From positions 1,858 to 65,857 of the forward strand of contig JAIEPX010000012.1 of the NCBI GenBank assembly GCA_019748175.1: a DNA stretch of 64,000 nt, in the 5' to 3' direction. Positions 31,440 through 42,492 of this stretch are shown here, in pieces. The translations under genes and the position numbers were made by a program. This stretch comes from Gammaproteobacteria bacterium. GTDB taxonomy: Bacteria; Pseudomonadota; Gammaproteobacteria; JAIEPX01. The notes beneath the pieces were generated by a model. The model was given only the letters and a program-made list of their open reading frames with translations, was not told the DNA's origin and did not search any database. Positions within the stretch are counted from its first letter, which is position 1. Each line of letters opens with the position of its first letter.

Positions 31440-32816
31440 TTGTTGCGAAAACTTCTAACCATACTGGCTGTCACAACAGTGCTCTTAGCTGTTTCCATAT
31501 GCAATTTGGCCAATGATACCCAAACATACGGCCCAACTACAGCTGACGACCATCTCTGGTACATCGCTCAAAAAACGCGCCCCAATCGTGATATATCTAA
31601 ACAACAGATGATGATTGCCTTACTTAAAGCCAATCCAGAAGCTTTTGCAGACAACAACGTTAATGGTTTACGCGCAGGGCAACATCTTAGAATTCCAACA
31701 CTTGAAGTAATAAAGGCAATTTCGCCCGTTACTGCGCTCCTCCAAATATCTGCCCAAAATCTGAAATGGCTGAACAAAATAGACTTCGAACAGCCTACAC
31801 GCGCAGACGGATCCAAAGCCCCTCCTTTTGGCACCATCAAACACGCACGCGACCCCGAAAGTATTCAAATTCATCAAACTTTTTCCAACCCAACAACTGA
31901 AACTGCCCAAGCTCAAAATACAACTACACTAGAATCAAATTCTGTAACAGTCACGCAACCTATTGTTTCAAAAGAAATTTCACTACCTCCACAACAACGG
32001 CTTTTGAATGAACTCGTTCCATCAATCAGTTTAAATGATCCTTTCACAGACATCCTTCAAGCGGCGTTGCCATCTAATAATTTAAGCACACCTTTTAAGC
32101 CTATCATCTCGTTTAATGTCCCTATTATTCAGGCACTTACATCTGCATTGCAAGCACGTCAGGAAACGAAAACTGCAATTTCTCCTAACGGAATCATTAC
32201 TGCAATCACAGCAGAAACTCTAATAAAAAATGGTATTGCAACACATATTAGCAATTTAACTCAGCAGGTCGATAATTTTATAATTAGATTCAATGACTTA
32301 GATAAATATACTCGAGAAAGACTTGATATCATAGAAGATGAACATGTTGCTATGAAAAATCAAATTGCTTCGCTTGATAAACAATTAAAACAACTCAAAG
32401 AAAATTACTTACAATATTCTACGCCAGTTTTTCATCACTCAGCATTCAGTGACTATGGCATTTGGATTATGGGAAGCAGCGTGCTAGCCTGTTTACTCGT
32501 GCTGATTTTTACCGTTTCCAGAAAGCGTCGCTCCCATGACGATGTGACCAAAAAAATCTCCGCTACAATCACAAAGAAAAAAAGCTTGCCTGAAGAAGAG
32601 GTCGAAATCGTTGAAGTGATTGAAGATGAGTATGACTATCTTGGCAGTCAAGAAGGGGTTGCTGCAAAACTCGATTTAGCTAGAGCGTATATTGATATGG
32701 GTGACTCTTCGCAAGCTGCGCATGTCCTTAATGAGGTAATTACGCATGGCAATGAAGAACAACGTTATAAAGCGCGCAAAATTCTCGCTGATATAATCCA
32801 GGATACTGTACATTAA
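31440..32816 (+). CDS. fimV: FimV/HubP-like polar landmark protein
   Basis: Signal peptide, LysM-like LWYIA..ANPEAF..LRIP, TM segment, C-terminal KLDLARAYIDMGD; upstream of truA. Confidence 0.88.
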   Translation: MLRKLLTILAVTTVLLAVSICNLANDTQTYGPTTADDHLWYIAQKTRPNRDISKQQMMIALLKANPEAFADNNVNGLRAGQHLRIPTLEVIKAISPVTALLQISAQNLKWLNKIDFEQPTRADGSKAPPFGTIKHARDPESIQIHQTFSNPTTETAQAQNTTTLESNSVTVTQPIVSKEISLPPQQRLLNELVPSISLNDPFTDILQAALPSNNLSTPFKPIISFNVPIIQALTSALQARQETKTAISPNGIITAITAETLIKNGIATHISNLTQQVDNFIIRFNDLDKYTRERLDIIEDEHVAMKNQIASLDKQLKQLKENYLQYSTPVFHHSAFSDYGIWIMGSSVLACLLVLIFTVSRKRRSHDDVTKKISATITKKKSLPEEEVEIVEVIEDEYDYLGSQEGVAAKLDLARAYIDMGDSSQAAHVLNEVITHGNEEQRYKARKILADIIQDTVH

Positions 32817-33613
32817 TGCCAAAATTTGCGATTGGTATAGAATATGATGGCACCCGCTATCATGGTTGGCAAACTCAAGAACCTGGCGTAAAGACAATTC
32901 AATCAGAAATCGAGCTTGCTTTATCAAAAGTCGCCGATGCTCCCATCAGTGTTATTTGTGCAGGCCGCACTGATAAGGGTGTACATGCCGCAGGTCAAGT
33001 CGGTCATTTTATTACAGATGTCGAGCGCCCCATCAAAAACTGGCTTTTGGGCGGCAACACGAATTTACCAAAGGACATTTCTTTGCACTGGATTCGTGAA
33101 GTAGACGAATCCTTTCATGCTAGACATAGCGCATTATCACGTCGTTATCACTATATTATTTTTAATAGACCAATTCGAAGTGCATTGTATCCTCATCGAA
33201 TGAGTTGGCATTTCCGACATTTAGATGCCATGAAAATGCATGAAGCAGGGCAGCACCTCGTGGGTGAACATGATTTTCAATCATTTCGAGATGCGGAGTG
33301 CCAATCGAAAACTTCCATTCGAGATATAAAATCCTTAAATGTCCATCGTCAGGGTGATTTGATTCTAATCGATGTTACCGCCAATGCATTTTTACATCAT
33401 ATGGTACGCAATATCGCAGGGGTATTGATGGTGATTGGAGAAGGGAAGAGAGATGCCCATTGGGCTCTTGAGGTGTTACTTGCCAAAGATCGAACTGCCG
33501 GCGGAATCACCGCGCACCCCTTTGGGCTTTATCTAGTTCACGTGGAATATCCCGCGATTCATGAAATGCCAGAATTTACAGGCCTGCCATTGATGCTCGA
33601 TAGCATACCCTAG
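32816..33613 (+). CDS. truA: tRNA pseudouridine(38-40) synthase
   Basis: YDGTRYHGWQ, AGRTDKGVHA, FLHHMVRNIAG. Confidence 0.97.
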   Translation: MPKFAIGIEYDGTRYHGWQTQEPGVKTIQSEIELALSKVADAPISVICAGRTDKGVHAAGQVGHFITDVERPIKNWLLGGNTNLPKDISLHWIREVDESFHARHSALSRRYHYIIFNRPIRSALYPHRMSWHFRHLDAMKMHEAGQHLVGEHDFQSFRDAECQSKTSIRDIKSLNVHRQGDLILIDVTANAFLHHMVRNIAGVLMVIGEGKRDAHWALEVLLAKDRTAGGITAHPFGLYLVHVEYPAIHEMPEFTGLPLMLDSIP

Positions 33614-33626
33614 CCTCGATATTTGG

Positions 33627-35525
33627 CTATTTTTTACTGGCAGCGGGAGCAGCAGTGCTTTGCGTTTTAAATTCACCTATTTCTTTGATCAATTTCTGAA
33701 ATGGACAGTAGGGAATGTTCATTCTGTTTAATTGCTCATGCACTCTGGATTCATAATAGCTTTTTACTAAAGGTATTTTACAGTTGTCAAATTTACGTAA
33801 TCGATCTCTCAATTCTGCAATGTCATTATAAGCCTTCATTTGCTCTGGGCTTAGTAGATGTTCTTCAGGAACAGCTTTAGTTTTATTTGTGGCGTCAGTT
33901 TGTTCATTTTTATTTAAACTTTCTTTTTGACTTCTGCGCTCAATATAACTTTGATAAGGCGGGTATTTTTCAATTTCCAGTAGATTATTGCGCAGCGTTC
34001 CAAATGTAGACTTATCTTTTGGGAAACCTGGACGTGTCATTGCATTAATATTCCTAAGAGCAGCCTGATAGCCCGGCAAAGCTAATTTTGCCGTAGCTAT
34101 ATTCCTCAAGTTAGTGAGATTTGCTTGAGTTGCATCAATACGTTTAGTTAATGCGGCATACTGATTATTAAGCTCTGCTGGTATGTTAGTCGTTCCCACT
34201 TGGTTTATTTGTGTCTCGAGCATTCTTTTTTCTTCCTTGAGATGCTGCTGATTAGTAGTAATAGACTCTATAACTTCCTTCAATCCGTTAATATCTAAGC
34301 TTCTAAGATCAGTTTTCATCAGCGAACGTGCGTCTTCTATATAATATTCAAATTTTGCCATTTGTAGACCAAGCACATCTAATGCTTTGTCTAAATCAGG
34401 TTTTTTGATTTTACTTTCTGTCGTTGATGTCCAGCTTGGCATTGTTAAATCACTCATGCTTTGCCGCTGAGAATGCTGTGCTAGAGATTTTTCAGCTTTC
34501 TCTAATAATTGAATATCCTCATTTTGTCGTGAAGAATATCCTGTGAATAGCCTTCTGATATCGAGTCCAGTTTTAGGATACTTTCCATTCGCATTAGTCT
34601 TGATATCATTTAACATTGTTTTTAATATTGCGATTTTATCGGCTGGATTATCATATAATCTCAGATACGCTGCTAATGTAGACTCATTCAAATGGCCTTC
34701 ATTAGCAGAGAATATTGATAGTATCAACTTTCTCTGCTCAGCATTGTCTTGTTGTGGCAATTTTTCTCTTATTATCACATTAATTCCAGGCAAGTCTCCT
34801 AACAAGTTGAATATTACAATTGCACGGCCAAGTTCAGGCTTACATTTATCGATTAATTGATTTAGTTGCTCATGGTTAGCTTCATTAAAAAGAAGATCCA
34901 TAATATTGGGATTTTTCATGATGAAGAGGGCGTGGGTTGGATTTTCGATCATGTCGTCCACCACGGCTTGTTTCTTGTGTAAAAATAATTTATATAACTC
35001 ATATTGGATTAGCTTGATACTTTTAGAATCTGAGGGATTATTTTTGAGTATATGATCTTGCAGATTCATTAATAGATTGACTTGAGCCGCTGTAGAATTT
35101 TTTCCATAAAGATTATCATAGTGCCTCAACAGCCCTGATAACACCTCTGTATTTAATTTTGCACCATTAACCAAAAATTGATCTAAATTAGGGTTCTGCA
35201 TTCTAAGAGGAGCTTTATCTACGCCCTCCAGAATCGTTCTAAAATTATTGAGATATCGTTTTTCATCACTTATTATCGCTGTGAAATTTCTTGAGAGAAC
35301 GTCTTGTATTACGAAGTCTATATGATCAACACCTACTTTATTTATAATTTCACCTAGCACTTTTTTTGCCTTTTCTTGGCCGTGTAACTTTACAAGCCCG
35401 TTATACAGTTTATCAAATAATGATGCCGCACCCTTAAAGTCACCATTAACGAATTTCTTGCGAATATTCTGATACTCAGCGACATATGGCGCTAAAGTAT
35501 ATGTATTGTCTACTTTATTATTCAT
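33627..35525 (-). CDS. Large helical/coiled-coil hypothetical protein (effector-like)
   Basis: 632-aa orphan ORF inserted between truA and accD; GAGGGGG RBS. Confidence 0.8.
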   Translation of the reverse strand: MNNKVDNTYTLAPYVAEYQNIRKKFVNGDFKGAASLFDKLYNGLVKLHGQEKAKKVLGEIINKVGVDHIDFVIQDVLSRNFTAIISDEKRYLNNFRTILEGVDKAPLRMQNPNLDQFLVNGAKLNTEVLSGLLRHYDNLYGKNSTAAQVNLLMNLQDHILKNNPSDSKSIKLIQYELYKLFLHKKQAVVDDMIENPTHALFIMKNPNIMDLLFNEANHEQLNQLIDKCKPELGRAIVIFNLLGDLPGINVIIREKLPQQDNAEQRKLILSIFSANEGHLNESTLAAYLRLYDNPADKIAILKTMLNDIKTNANGKYPKTGLDIRRLFTGYSSRQNEDIQLLEKAEKSLAQHSQRQSMSDLTMPSWTSTTESKIKKPDLDKALDVLGLQMAKFEYYIEDARSLMKTDLRSLDINGLKEVIESITTNQQHLKEEKRMLETQINQVGTTNIPAELNNQYAALTKRIDATQANLTNLRNIATAKLALPGYQAALRNINAMTRPGFPKDKSTFGTLRNNLLEIEKYPPYQSYIERRSQKESLNKNEQTDATNKTKAVPEEHLLSPEQMKAYNDIAELRDRLRKFDNCKIPLVKSYYESRVHEQLNRMNIPYCPFQKLIKEIGEFKTQSTAAPAASKK

Positions 35526-35824
35526 CCACTAAACCCCCTCTATGAGATCATGAAGCGGTGAAGTGCTCACCTCATCTCTTATTACAATTATAGTGTATTA
35601 CCTGGGTGTTTACCGGGCTTCTCTAGGCCGTAAGAAGTCCTTAGCCCTTTCTAGATATCTGTCGCACGTTAGTCCGCCCATCCCAGATATCGCATAACTT
35701 ATTGATTATTCGTGTTATTCTTGCTTTTCGGCAGGTTGTTTATTGGATATCTTGGCTAGGAAATGCTTGCCTTCTAGGGCTATACCCCTATAAAATGATG
35801 GTTTTACGGCTAGGATTCCCAATA

Positions 35825-36718
35825 ATGAGTTGGTTTAAAAAGCTATTGCCTTCGAAAATCGAGTCCGCATCAGGTGGAAAGAAAGGCGTGCCTGAAGGAA
35901 TCTGGAGTAAGTGCGGTAAATGCAGTGCAACATTGTATCGCGCCGAATTAGAACGCAATCTCAATGTCTGTCCAAAATGTGGTTATCACGAAAGACTCTC
36001 TGGAAGAATGCGATTAGCCATTTTTCTTGATGAAGGATCTCATGAAGAAATTGCAGCAGATGTTGGACCGGTTGATTATTTAAAATTTCGTGATACAAAA
36101 AAATATAAAGATCGTTTAGTTGCTGCACAGAAAAAAACGGGTGAAAAAGAAGCACTGATTGTAATGGCTGGAAAATTAAAACAAATCCCTCTCGTAGCCT
36201 GTGCTTTTGATTTTGATTTTATTGGCGGCTCAATGAGTTCCGCTGTAGGTGAACGTTTTGTGCAAGGCGTGCATGCTGCTATCGAAAGAAAAGTGCCTTT
36301 CATTTGCTTTTCGAGTAGTGGGGGAGCGCGAATGCAAGAAAGTGTTATTTCGCTCATGCAAATGAGTAAAACAAGTGCCGCACTTGCAAGACTTTCAGCC
36401 GCAAAACTGCCTTATTTTTCGATTTTACTGGATCCTACGACTGGTGGTGTTTCAGCTAGTTTAGCAACCTTAGGCGATGTGATTATTGCAGAACCCGAAG
36501 CTTTAATCGGATTTACTGGACCGCGTGTAATCGAACAAACTGTGCGTGAAAAATTACCCGAAGGTTTTCAACGCAGTGAATTTTTACTTGAACATGGCGC
36601 TATTGATATGATTGTAGATCGCCGTGAAATGCGCAACACAGTCGCAAGATTATTGGCAAAATTAACACACTGCCCACAACCCTTAGCCGATGAAATAAAT
36701 ACTTCAACAACTTCTTGA
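35825..36718 (+). CDS. accD: Acetyl-CoA carboxylase carboxyltransferase beta subunit
   Basis: VPEGIWSKC Zn ribbon, [25 protein letters not shown]. Confidence 0.97.
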   Translation: MSWFKKLLPSKIESASGGKKGVPEGIWSKCGKCSATLYRAELERNLNVCPKCGYHERLSGRMRLAIFLDEGSHEEIAADVGPVDYLKFRDTKKYKDRLVAAQKKTGEKEALIVMAGKLKQIPLVACAFDFDFIGGSMSSAVGERFVQGVHAAIERKVPFICFSSSGGARMQESVISLMQMSKTSAALARLSAAKLPYFSILLDPTTGGVSASLATLGDVIIAEPEALIGFTGPRVIEQTVREKLPEGFQRSEFLLEHGAIDMIVDRREMRNTVARLLAKLTHCPQPLADEINTSTTS

Positions 36719-36731
36719 GAACTCTAAAACA

Positions 36732-38000
36732 ATGAAGTTAGGCTACGATTTAGATTCTTGGTTATCGGCAATCGCAGAACGGCATTCTCCCGACATTATT
36801 TTAGGTCTCGATAGAATTAACCAGATCGCTGAAAGACTACAATTAACTCATTTTGACTGTCCTGTCATTACCGTTGCAGGTACTAATGGAAAAGGCAGCA
36901 CCGTCGCCACACTACAAAGACTGTATTCCAACGCAGGCTATAAAATAGGCTCCTATTATTCTCCTCATTTACATCATTTCAGTGAGCGAATACAGATTAA
37001 TAATAAACCGGTAGATGAACCTGTAATTTGTGATGCATTCCAGACTTTATCTACCGAGATTTCTGATGCACCACTGACATTTTTTGAATTTATTACGCTC
37101 GCTGCATTGATCATTTTCAAAAAAAATGACTTAGATATTTTGGTTCTGGAAGTAGGCTTAGGCGGGCGTTTAGATGCCGTCAATTGTGTTGAAAATTCTA
37201 TCGCCATCCTCACACAAATTGATTTCGATCATTGTGATCGATTAGGTGATAATCGTGAGGCCATTGGCTTCGAAAAAGCGGGCATTTTTCGGGAAAATAA
37301 AATCGCTATTTGTGGGGATCTTTCACCTCCGAGCTCGGTGATCAATCAAGCCAAACTATTGAATTGTGATTTTTATACACATGGCAAAGATTTTTATATC
37401 GAACAGCAGAGTAGTACTTTATGGAATTGGAAAATGCGCGGAAAAGAACTACGTGATATCGCAACACCTCGCGTTCCTCAAACCAGTGTAGCTTGTGCCT
37501 TGGTGGCTGCACAATTATTACAACGCTATTTGCCTGTTACAGATCAATGCATGTTTGATGCTGCTCAGAATACGAGATTAGCAGGGCGATTTGAAGTCAT
37601 ACAAGATCAATGTCCGATTATTTTTGATGTAGCGCATAATCCATCGGCGGTAGAATTACTCGCGCTAAACCTCATGAAAGAAGAGCATTCTGGCAGAACC
37701 ATCGCGTTATTTAGTGTACTTGCGGATAAGGACTGTCAAGGAATGATCGAACCTATGAAGAGAATTATTCATGAATGGCATGTTTTCCCGCTGGAAACAC
37801 CTAGAGCCAGTCCCACAACGGAAATTATTCAGCATATAAAAGCCACTTCAGAGGGAGCTTGTCATCATCACGCCGATGCGACTACAATGTGGCAACACTT
37901 GAAGGGACGACTTACATCACAGGATAGGGTAGTCGTTTTTGGGTCTTTTTATACCGTGGCCGCAGTACAATGCGCCATAACACTTGAAGAGAATCGCTGA
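36732..38000 (+). CDS. folC: Folylpolyglutamate / dihydrofolate synthase
   Basis: VAGTNGKGS, EVGLGGRLDAVN, DVAHNP, FGSF. Confidence 0.96.
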   Translation: MKLGYDLDSWLSAIAERHSPDIILGLDRINQIAERLQLTHFDCPVITVAGTNGKGSTVATLQRLYSNAGYKIGSYYSPHLHHFSERIQINNKPVDEPVICDAFQTLSTEISDAPLTFFEFITLAALIIFKKNDLDILVLEVGLGGRLDAVNCVENSIAILTQIDFDHCDRLGDNREAIGFEKAGIFRENKIAICGDLSPPSSVINQAKLLNCDFYTHGKDFYIEQQSSTLWNWKMRGKELRDIATPRVPQTSVACALVAAQLLQRYLPVTDQCMFDAAQNTRLAGRFEVIQDQCPIIFDVAHNPSAVELLALNLMKEEHSGRTIALFSVLADKDCQGMIEPMKRIIHEWHVFPLETPRASPTTEIIQHIKATSEGACHHHADATTMWQHLKGRLTSQDRVVVFGSFYTVAAVQCAITLEENR

Positions 38001-38011
38001 GGGAAACTGCT

Positions 38012-38887
38012 ATGGAAATGAAACAACGAATTATCGGAATTATAGTGCTTGTTGCACTGGCTATTCTATTAGTGCCATTAATTTTCGATAGTGAAGTTGC
38101 ATTACCACCGCCTAATCATCTTCCTGTTGCAAACGCTCAACCCATCAAAAATGAGGGAAAAACAGTTGCTTATCAGGCCCCAACTATCAAACCAGCACAA
38201 ATTCAAGAATCGTCTGATAAAGCGCTGCTTCATAACACAAAAGAGTTAGCTACATCAGATACAAATGATAGTGAAGATCATGAAAGTTTTGCGACAAATG
38301 ATGATGACGCTCAAACACCTTCACCTGAAGATGATTTGCTCGATAAACCGGTGCCCCAAGAGCCTCAAAATCATCCAATTTTACCCAAAGAGACTGTTGT
38401 TAAAGCGAAAGAAACATCGACCAACAGTAAATCAGCCAATGATGATTTAGTGAAAGAAGCCGCGCTTAAAATAGCCATTCAAAAAGAAAATTCAGAAAAA
38501 ATGATAGCGACAAAAAAAATTGCTGATAAACAAAACAGCAAAGTCAATCCACAACAACATAGAGAGTTTAGTTTATCTTCCGATAAGCCAAAAAAACAAA
38601 ATATTGGGAACTCTATAGTACTCAAGCAAAATGAGAATATTGTTGCTGGAACTGGCGCATGGGCAATTCAGCTAGGTAGTTTCTCTGAAATAGCCAATGC
38701 AAATAAATTAGCCAATCAGCTAAAATCTAAAGGATTTAATGCATTTACTGAACGAGATAAGTTAAGAAACAATGTGCATCGCGTGTTGGTAGGGCCTGCA
38801 CACGACCGAAATACTGCTGAAAAGACTATGGCACAATTAAAAAGCAACTTGAATATTCAAGGTATTGTTGTGAGGTACAAACGATGA
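38012..38887 (+). CDS. dedD: SPOR-domain division protein DedD
   Basis: KQRIIG plus TM, linker, WAIQLGSF..RVLVGP SPOR domain; synteny. Confidence 0.9.
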   Translation: MEMKQRIIGIIVLVALAILLVPLIFDSEVALPPPNHLPVANAQPIKNEGKTVAYQAPTIKPAQIQESSDKALLHNTKELATSDTNDSEDHESFATNDDDAQTPSPEDDLLDKPVPQEPQNHPILPKETVVKAKETSTNSKSANDDLVKEAALKIAIQKENSEKMIATKKIADKQNSKVNPQQHREFSLSSDKPKKQNIGNSIVLKQNENIVAGTGAWAIQLGSFSEIANANKLANQLKSKGFNAFTERDKLRNNVHRVLVGPAHDRNTAEKTMAQLKSNLNIQGIVVRYKR

Positions 38888-39432
38888 TCGATTTATTAAT
38901 CAATCTTAATGTCACAGACTTTATTATTTTAGGTTTGATCATCCTCTCAGTGATTATTAGTATATCACGAGGATTTATTCGCGAAGCATTATCACTAACA
39001 ACATGGTTAATTGCAGCTTATCTAGCCTTTACACTCTCATCAGGATTAGGTGAGAAATTATCAGGCGTAATCAGCAGTTCATCCATACGAATGGTCGTCG
39101 CGTTTCTAGCAATATTTTTATCGATTGTCATTATTGGTGCAATTCTTAGTTTCTTTCTTAGTAAATTGATCTCCATTTCAGGATTAGGCCTTATTGATCG
39201 GATTCTCGGAATCCTTTTTGGTGCTGCACGGGGAATTTTATTAGTCGCTTTACTTGTGTTAATGATTCAAGGATCAGCCTTCATTGATCGAGATTGGTGG
39301 AAATCATCTCAATTAATTCCGGAATTCAAACCTATCACTTCGGCAATGGAAGAATTGATTCCAAAAGACGTCGAAAAAACTGAAATTACGGTAGAAGGCA
39401 AAGATAAAAAAGAAGAACCCCACAAAAAATAG
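38884..39432 (+). CDS. cvpA: CvpA family membrane protein
   Basis: RGFIREALSL, DRILGILFGAARG. Confidence 0.94.
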   Translation: MIDLLINLNVTDFIILGLIILSVIISISRGFIREALSLTTWLIAAYLAFTLSSGLGEKLSGVISSSSIRMVVAFLAIFLSIVIIGAILSFFLSKLISISGLGLIDRILGILFGAARGILLVALLVLMIQGSAFIDRDWWKSSQLIPEFKPITSAMEELIPKDVEKTEITVEGKDKKEEPHKK

Positions 39433-39452
39433 AATACGTGAGTTAAGCAGCA

Positions 39453-40058
39453 TTGAATACAGTACAATTACTTGAAATCGACACATTTTTACTCTGTCCC
39501 ACTCCTGACGCCTGGATACAGTCCGCCATCGCCAATCAAGAATTACTCTTGGTAGATCATGCACAATGTGAAAAAAAAGCCGCCGCGACTGCCTTAAGTA
39601 TGATTTACCGATATCCTGATCGGACTGAACTTCTCCAGAAAATGTCACGAATCGCACGAGAAGAGTTACGACATTTTGAACACGTATTAAAATTTATCGT
39701 GGTTCGAGGTTTTCAATACGTTCATTTAGCCCCCTCACGTTATGCGGGTGGTTTAAAAAAACACGCTAGGAATTCTTTATTAGAGCATCTTGTCGACACA
39801 TTAATTATCGGTGCTTTCATCGAAGCACGTTCATGCGAACGTTTCAAAAAATTAGCTCCGCATCTCGATGACGAACTCAGCCAATTTTATAGAGGGTTAT
39901 TAGCCTCCGAATCTCGCCATTTTCAAGAATACATTAAATTGGCAGAGCATTACGCTCAAGAGGATATCTCTTCTCGCATCAGTGCATTGGCTATCATAGA
40001 AGCTGAATTAATTACTTCTCCTGATACTGAATTCCGATTCCATAGTGGTGTCGTCTAG
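39453..40058 (+). CDS. miaE: tRNA ms2i6A37 hydroxylase
   Basis: DHAQCEKKAA, EELRHF, IEARSCERF, SESRH, FRFHSG. Confidence 0.95.
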   Translation: MNTVQLLEIDTFLLCPTPDAWIQSAIANQELLLVDHAQCEKKAAATALSMIYRYPDRTELLQKMSRIAREELRHFEHVLKFIVVRGFQYVHLAPSRYAGGLKKHARNSLLEHLVDTLIIGAFIEARSCERFKKLAPHLDDELSQFYRGLLASESRHFQEYIKLAEHYAQEDISSRISALAIIEAELITSPDTEFRFHSGVV

Positions 40059-40837
40059 CTCCAAGAAGGAGCCCGTTTTTCGAAGAATGCACTGAGACCT
40101 TCTTGAGCTTCGGAAGAGACGCGAATTTGGGCGAGGAGTTGAGCCGTTTTTTCAAGCTCGCCTGCGGGTGTGATTGAAAGATCCTGAATTAATTTTTTGG
40201 TGGTGGCCATTGCAATGGGACCATTGTTCAGAAGTTGTGCAATGATAGTGTCAGCAGTTGCAACGAGTAGTGAATCGTTGACAACGCTATGAACTAAACC
40301 AATATGATAAGCTTCTTCTGAAGTAAACGCTTCGGCTGTTAAAGCAAAATGTCTGAGTTGTCTCGCACCGATCGCACGCAAAACATGAGGCGCAATAGTA
40401 GCAGGTACAAGACCTAATTTTACTTCTGAGAGTGCAAAAGAGGCTGAATGTGCAGCAATAGCAATATCGCAACACGCTATTAGACCAACACCCCCTCCAA
40501 ATGCTGAGCCTTGAATCACAGCAACTGTGGGTTTAGGAAACGTGTTAAGTGTTTGCAATAATCGGGCGAGTAGAGCAGCATCTTCTTGATTTTCTGCATC
40601 TGTGAGTGTAGTGGCATTTTTAAACCATTTTAAATCACCACCGGCACAAAAATATTTTCCTTTCGCATTAATTTTGATCACACGTATGCTTGGATCTAGA
40701 GCAAATTCATCGAGCGTTTTTTGTAATTGTTTAATCAGATTCACATCAAAAGCATTATGTTGTTGCAATCGATTAAATGTTAAAGTTGCAATGCCATGAT
40801 TGCAGTCGACAAGAAGATGTTCACTTTCTGTTACCAT
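40055..40837 (-). CDS. liuC: Methylglutaconyl-CoA hydratase (crotonase family)
   Basis: FCAGGDL, GGGVGL, LSEVKLGLVPATI; located in liu cluster. Confidence 0.85.
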   Translation of the reverse strand: MVTESEHLLVDCNHGIATLTFNRLQQHNAFDVNLIKQLQKTLDEFALDPSIRVIKINAKGKYFCAGGDLKWFKNATTLTDAENQEDAALLARLLQTLNTFPKPTVAVIQGSAFGGGVGLIACCDIAIAAHSASFALSEVKLGLVPATIAPHVLRAIGARQLRHFALTAEAFTSEEAYHIGLVHSVVNDSLLVATADTIIAQLLNNGPIAMATTKKLIQDLSITPAGELEKTAQLLAQIRVSSEAQEGLSAFFEKRAPSWS

Positions 40838-40868
40838 GATTAACGTCCTTTGGTTAGTTCATAATAAA

Positions 40869-42476
40869 TTACATTCTGAATACACCATACTGAGTTGAGT
40901 GAATTGGTGCATTTAAAGCTGCTGAAATTCCAATTCCTAGCACTTTACGAGTATCCTTAGGGTCAATGATACCATCATCCCATAACCGTGCACTAGCATA
41001 GTAAGGATTACCCTGAGTTTCATATTGACGCCGAATATTGTTCATAAAAGCTTCCTCTTCGGCAGGAGGCCATTGAGTTCCGTCACGCGCATTTTTTTCA
41101 CGAGTCACTTGAGCCAATACTTGAGCAGCCTGTTCGCCACCCATTACCGATATTCGCGCATTTGGCCATGTCCACAAAAATCGGGGGGCATAGGCTCGAC
41201 CACACATGGCATAATTTCCAGCGCCAAAACTTCCGCCAATAATCACAGTAAATTTAGGCACATTTGAACAGGCAACAGCCATAACCATTTTCGCGCCATG
41301 TTTTGCAATACCTTCATTTTCGTATTTTCGGCCCACCATAAATCCATTTATATTTTGCAGAAAAACTAATGGTATTTTTCTTTGATTACATAATTCAATA
41401 AAGTGAGTGCCTTTTTGAGCAGATTCAGAAAATAAAATGCCGTTATTTGCAATAATGCCTACTGGGTAGCCGTATATATGGGCGAATCCACACACTAATG
41501 TCCCACCATACAATGCTTTAAATTCATCCAATTCTGAACCATCTACAATTCGACCAATAATTTCTCGAACATCATACGGTCGACGAGGATCAGCATTAAC
41601 AATTCCATATAACTCTTCAATATCATGTTCAGGAGAACGCGCATCTAAAGTATTCAACGATATTGTTTTTCTGCGATTAAGATTTGAAACAGCTCGGCGC
41701 GCTAATTGTAGAGCGTGTTGATCATCGTTAGCATAATAATCTGCGACACCGGAAATTTTACAATGCACATCAGCACCCCCTAATTCTTCAGCAGTGACTT
41801 GTTCACCCGTTGCTGCTTTTACTAATGGTGGTCCACCCAAAAAAATCGTCGCTTGATTTTTCACCATAATCGATACATCTGCCATAGCAGGAACATAAGC
41901 GCCACCTGCGGTACAGGATCCCATTACTACAGCAATTTGGGGAATATTCTGACGCGAGAGTTGGGCTTGATTATAAAATATTCGACCAAAATGATCTCTA
42001 TCAGGAAATACTTCATCTTGTGCAGGTAAAAACGCACCACCTGAATCCACCAAATAAACACAGGGTAAATGATTTTGAGCCGCAATTTCTTGTGCGCGTA
42101 AATGTTTTTTAACTGTAATCGGAAAATAGGTACCGCCTTTCACTGTTGCATCATTCACCACGATCATGCATTCCTGGCCTTCGATCTTGCCAACTCCAGT
42201 AATTAAACCACCACATGGTACTGGCTCATCGTACAATTCATAACCCGCAAATTGTGATAATTCCAAAAAAGGTGAACCAGGATCCACTAATTTTGTAATT
42301 CGATCGCGAGGTAATAATTTCCCATGTTTAACATGTCGATCTCGACCTTTTACATTACCACCAGCAGTAATCGATGATAATTTGGCGCGAAAATCCTCAA
42401 CGAGTCCTTTCATCGCATCTGTATTTTTTTTAAATGTTTCACTACTGGTCTTTACCGTAGAAGCTAATGTGTTCAT
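40869..42476 (-). CDS. liuB: 3-methylcrotonyl-CoA carboxylase beta subunit
   Basis: [40 protein letters not shown]. Confidence 0.95.
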   Translation of the reverse strand: MNTLASTVKTSSETFKKNTDAMKGLVEDFRAKLSSITAGGNVKGRDRHVKHGKLLPRDRITKLVDPGSPFLELSQFAGYELYDEPVPCGGLITGVGKIEGQECMIVVNDATVKGGTYFPITVKKHLRAQEIAAQNHLPCVYLVDSGGAFLPAQDEVFPDRDHFGRIFYNQAQLSRQNIPQIAVVMGSCTAGGAYVPAMADVSIMVKNQATIFLGGPPLVKAATGEQVTAEELGGADVHCKISGVADYYANDDQHALQLARRAVSNLNRRKTISLNTLDARSPEHDIEELYGIVNADPRRPYDVREIIGRIVDGSELDEFKALYGGTLVCGFAHIYGYPVGIIANNGILFSESAQKGTHFIELCNQRKIPLVFLQNINGFMVGRKYENEGIAKHGAKMVMAVACSNVPKFTVIIGGSFGAGNYAMCGRAYAPRFLWTWPNARISVMGGEQAAQVLAQVTREKNARDGTQWPPAEEEAFMNNIRRQYETQGNPYYASARLWDDGIIDPKDTRKVLGIGISAALNAPIHSTQYGVFRM

Positions 42477-42492
42477 TCCTTTCTCCATTAAA

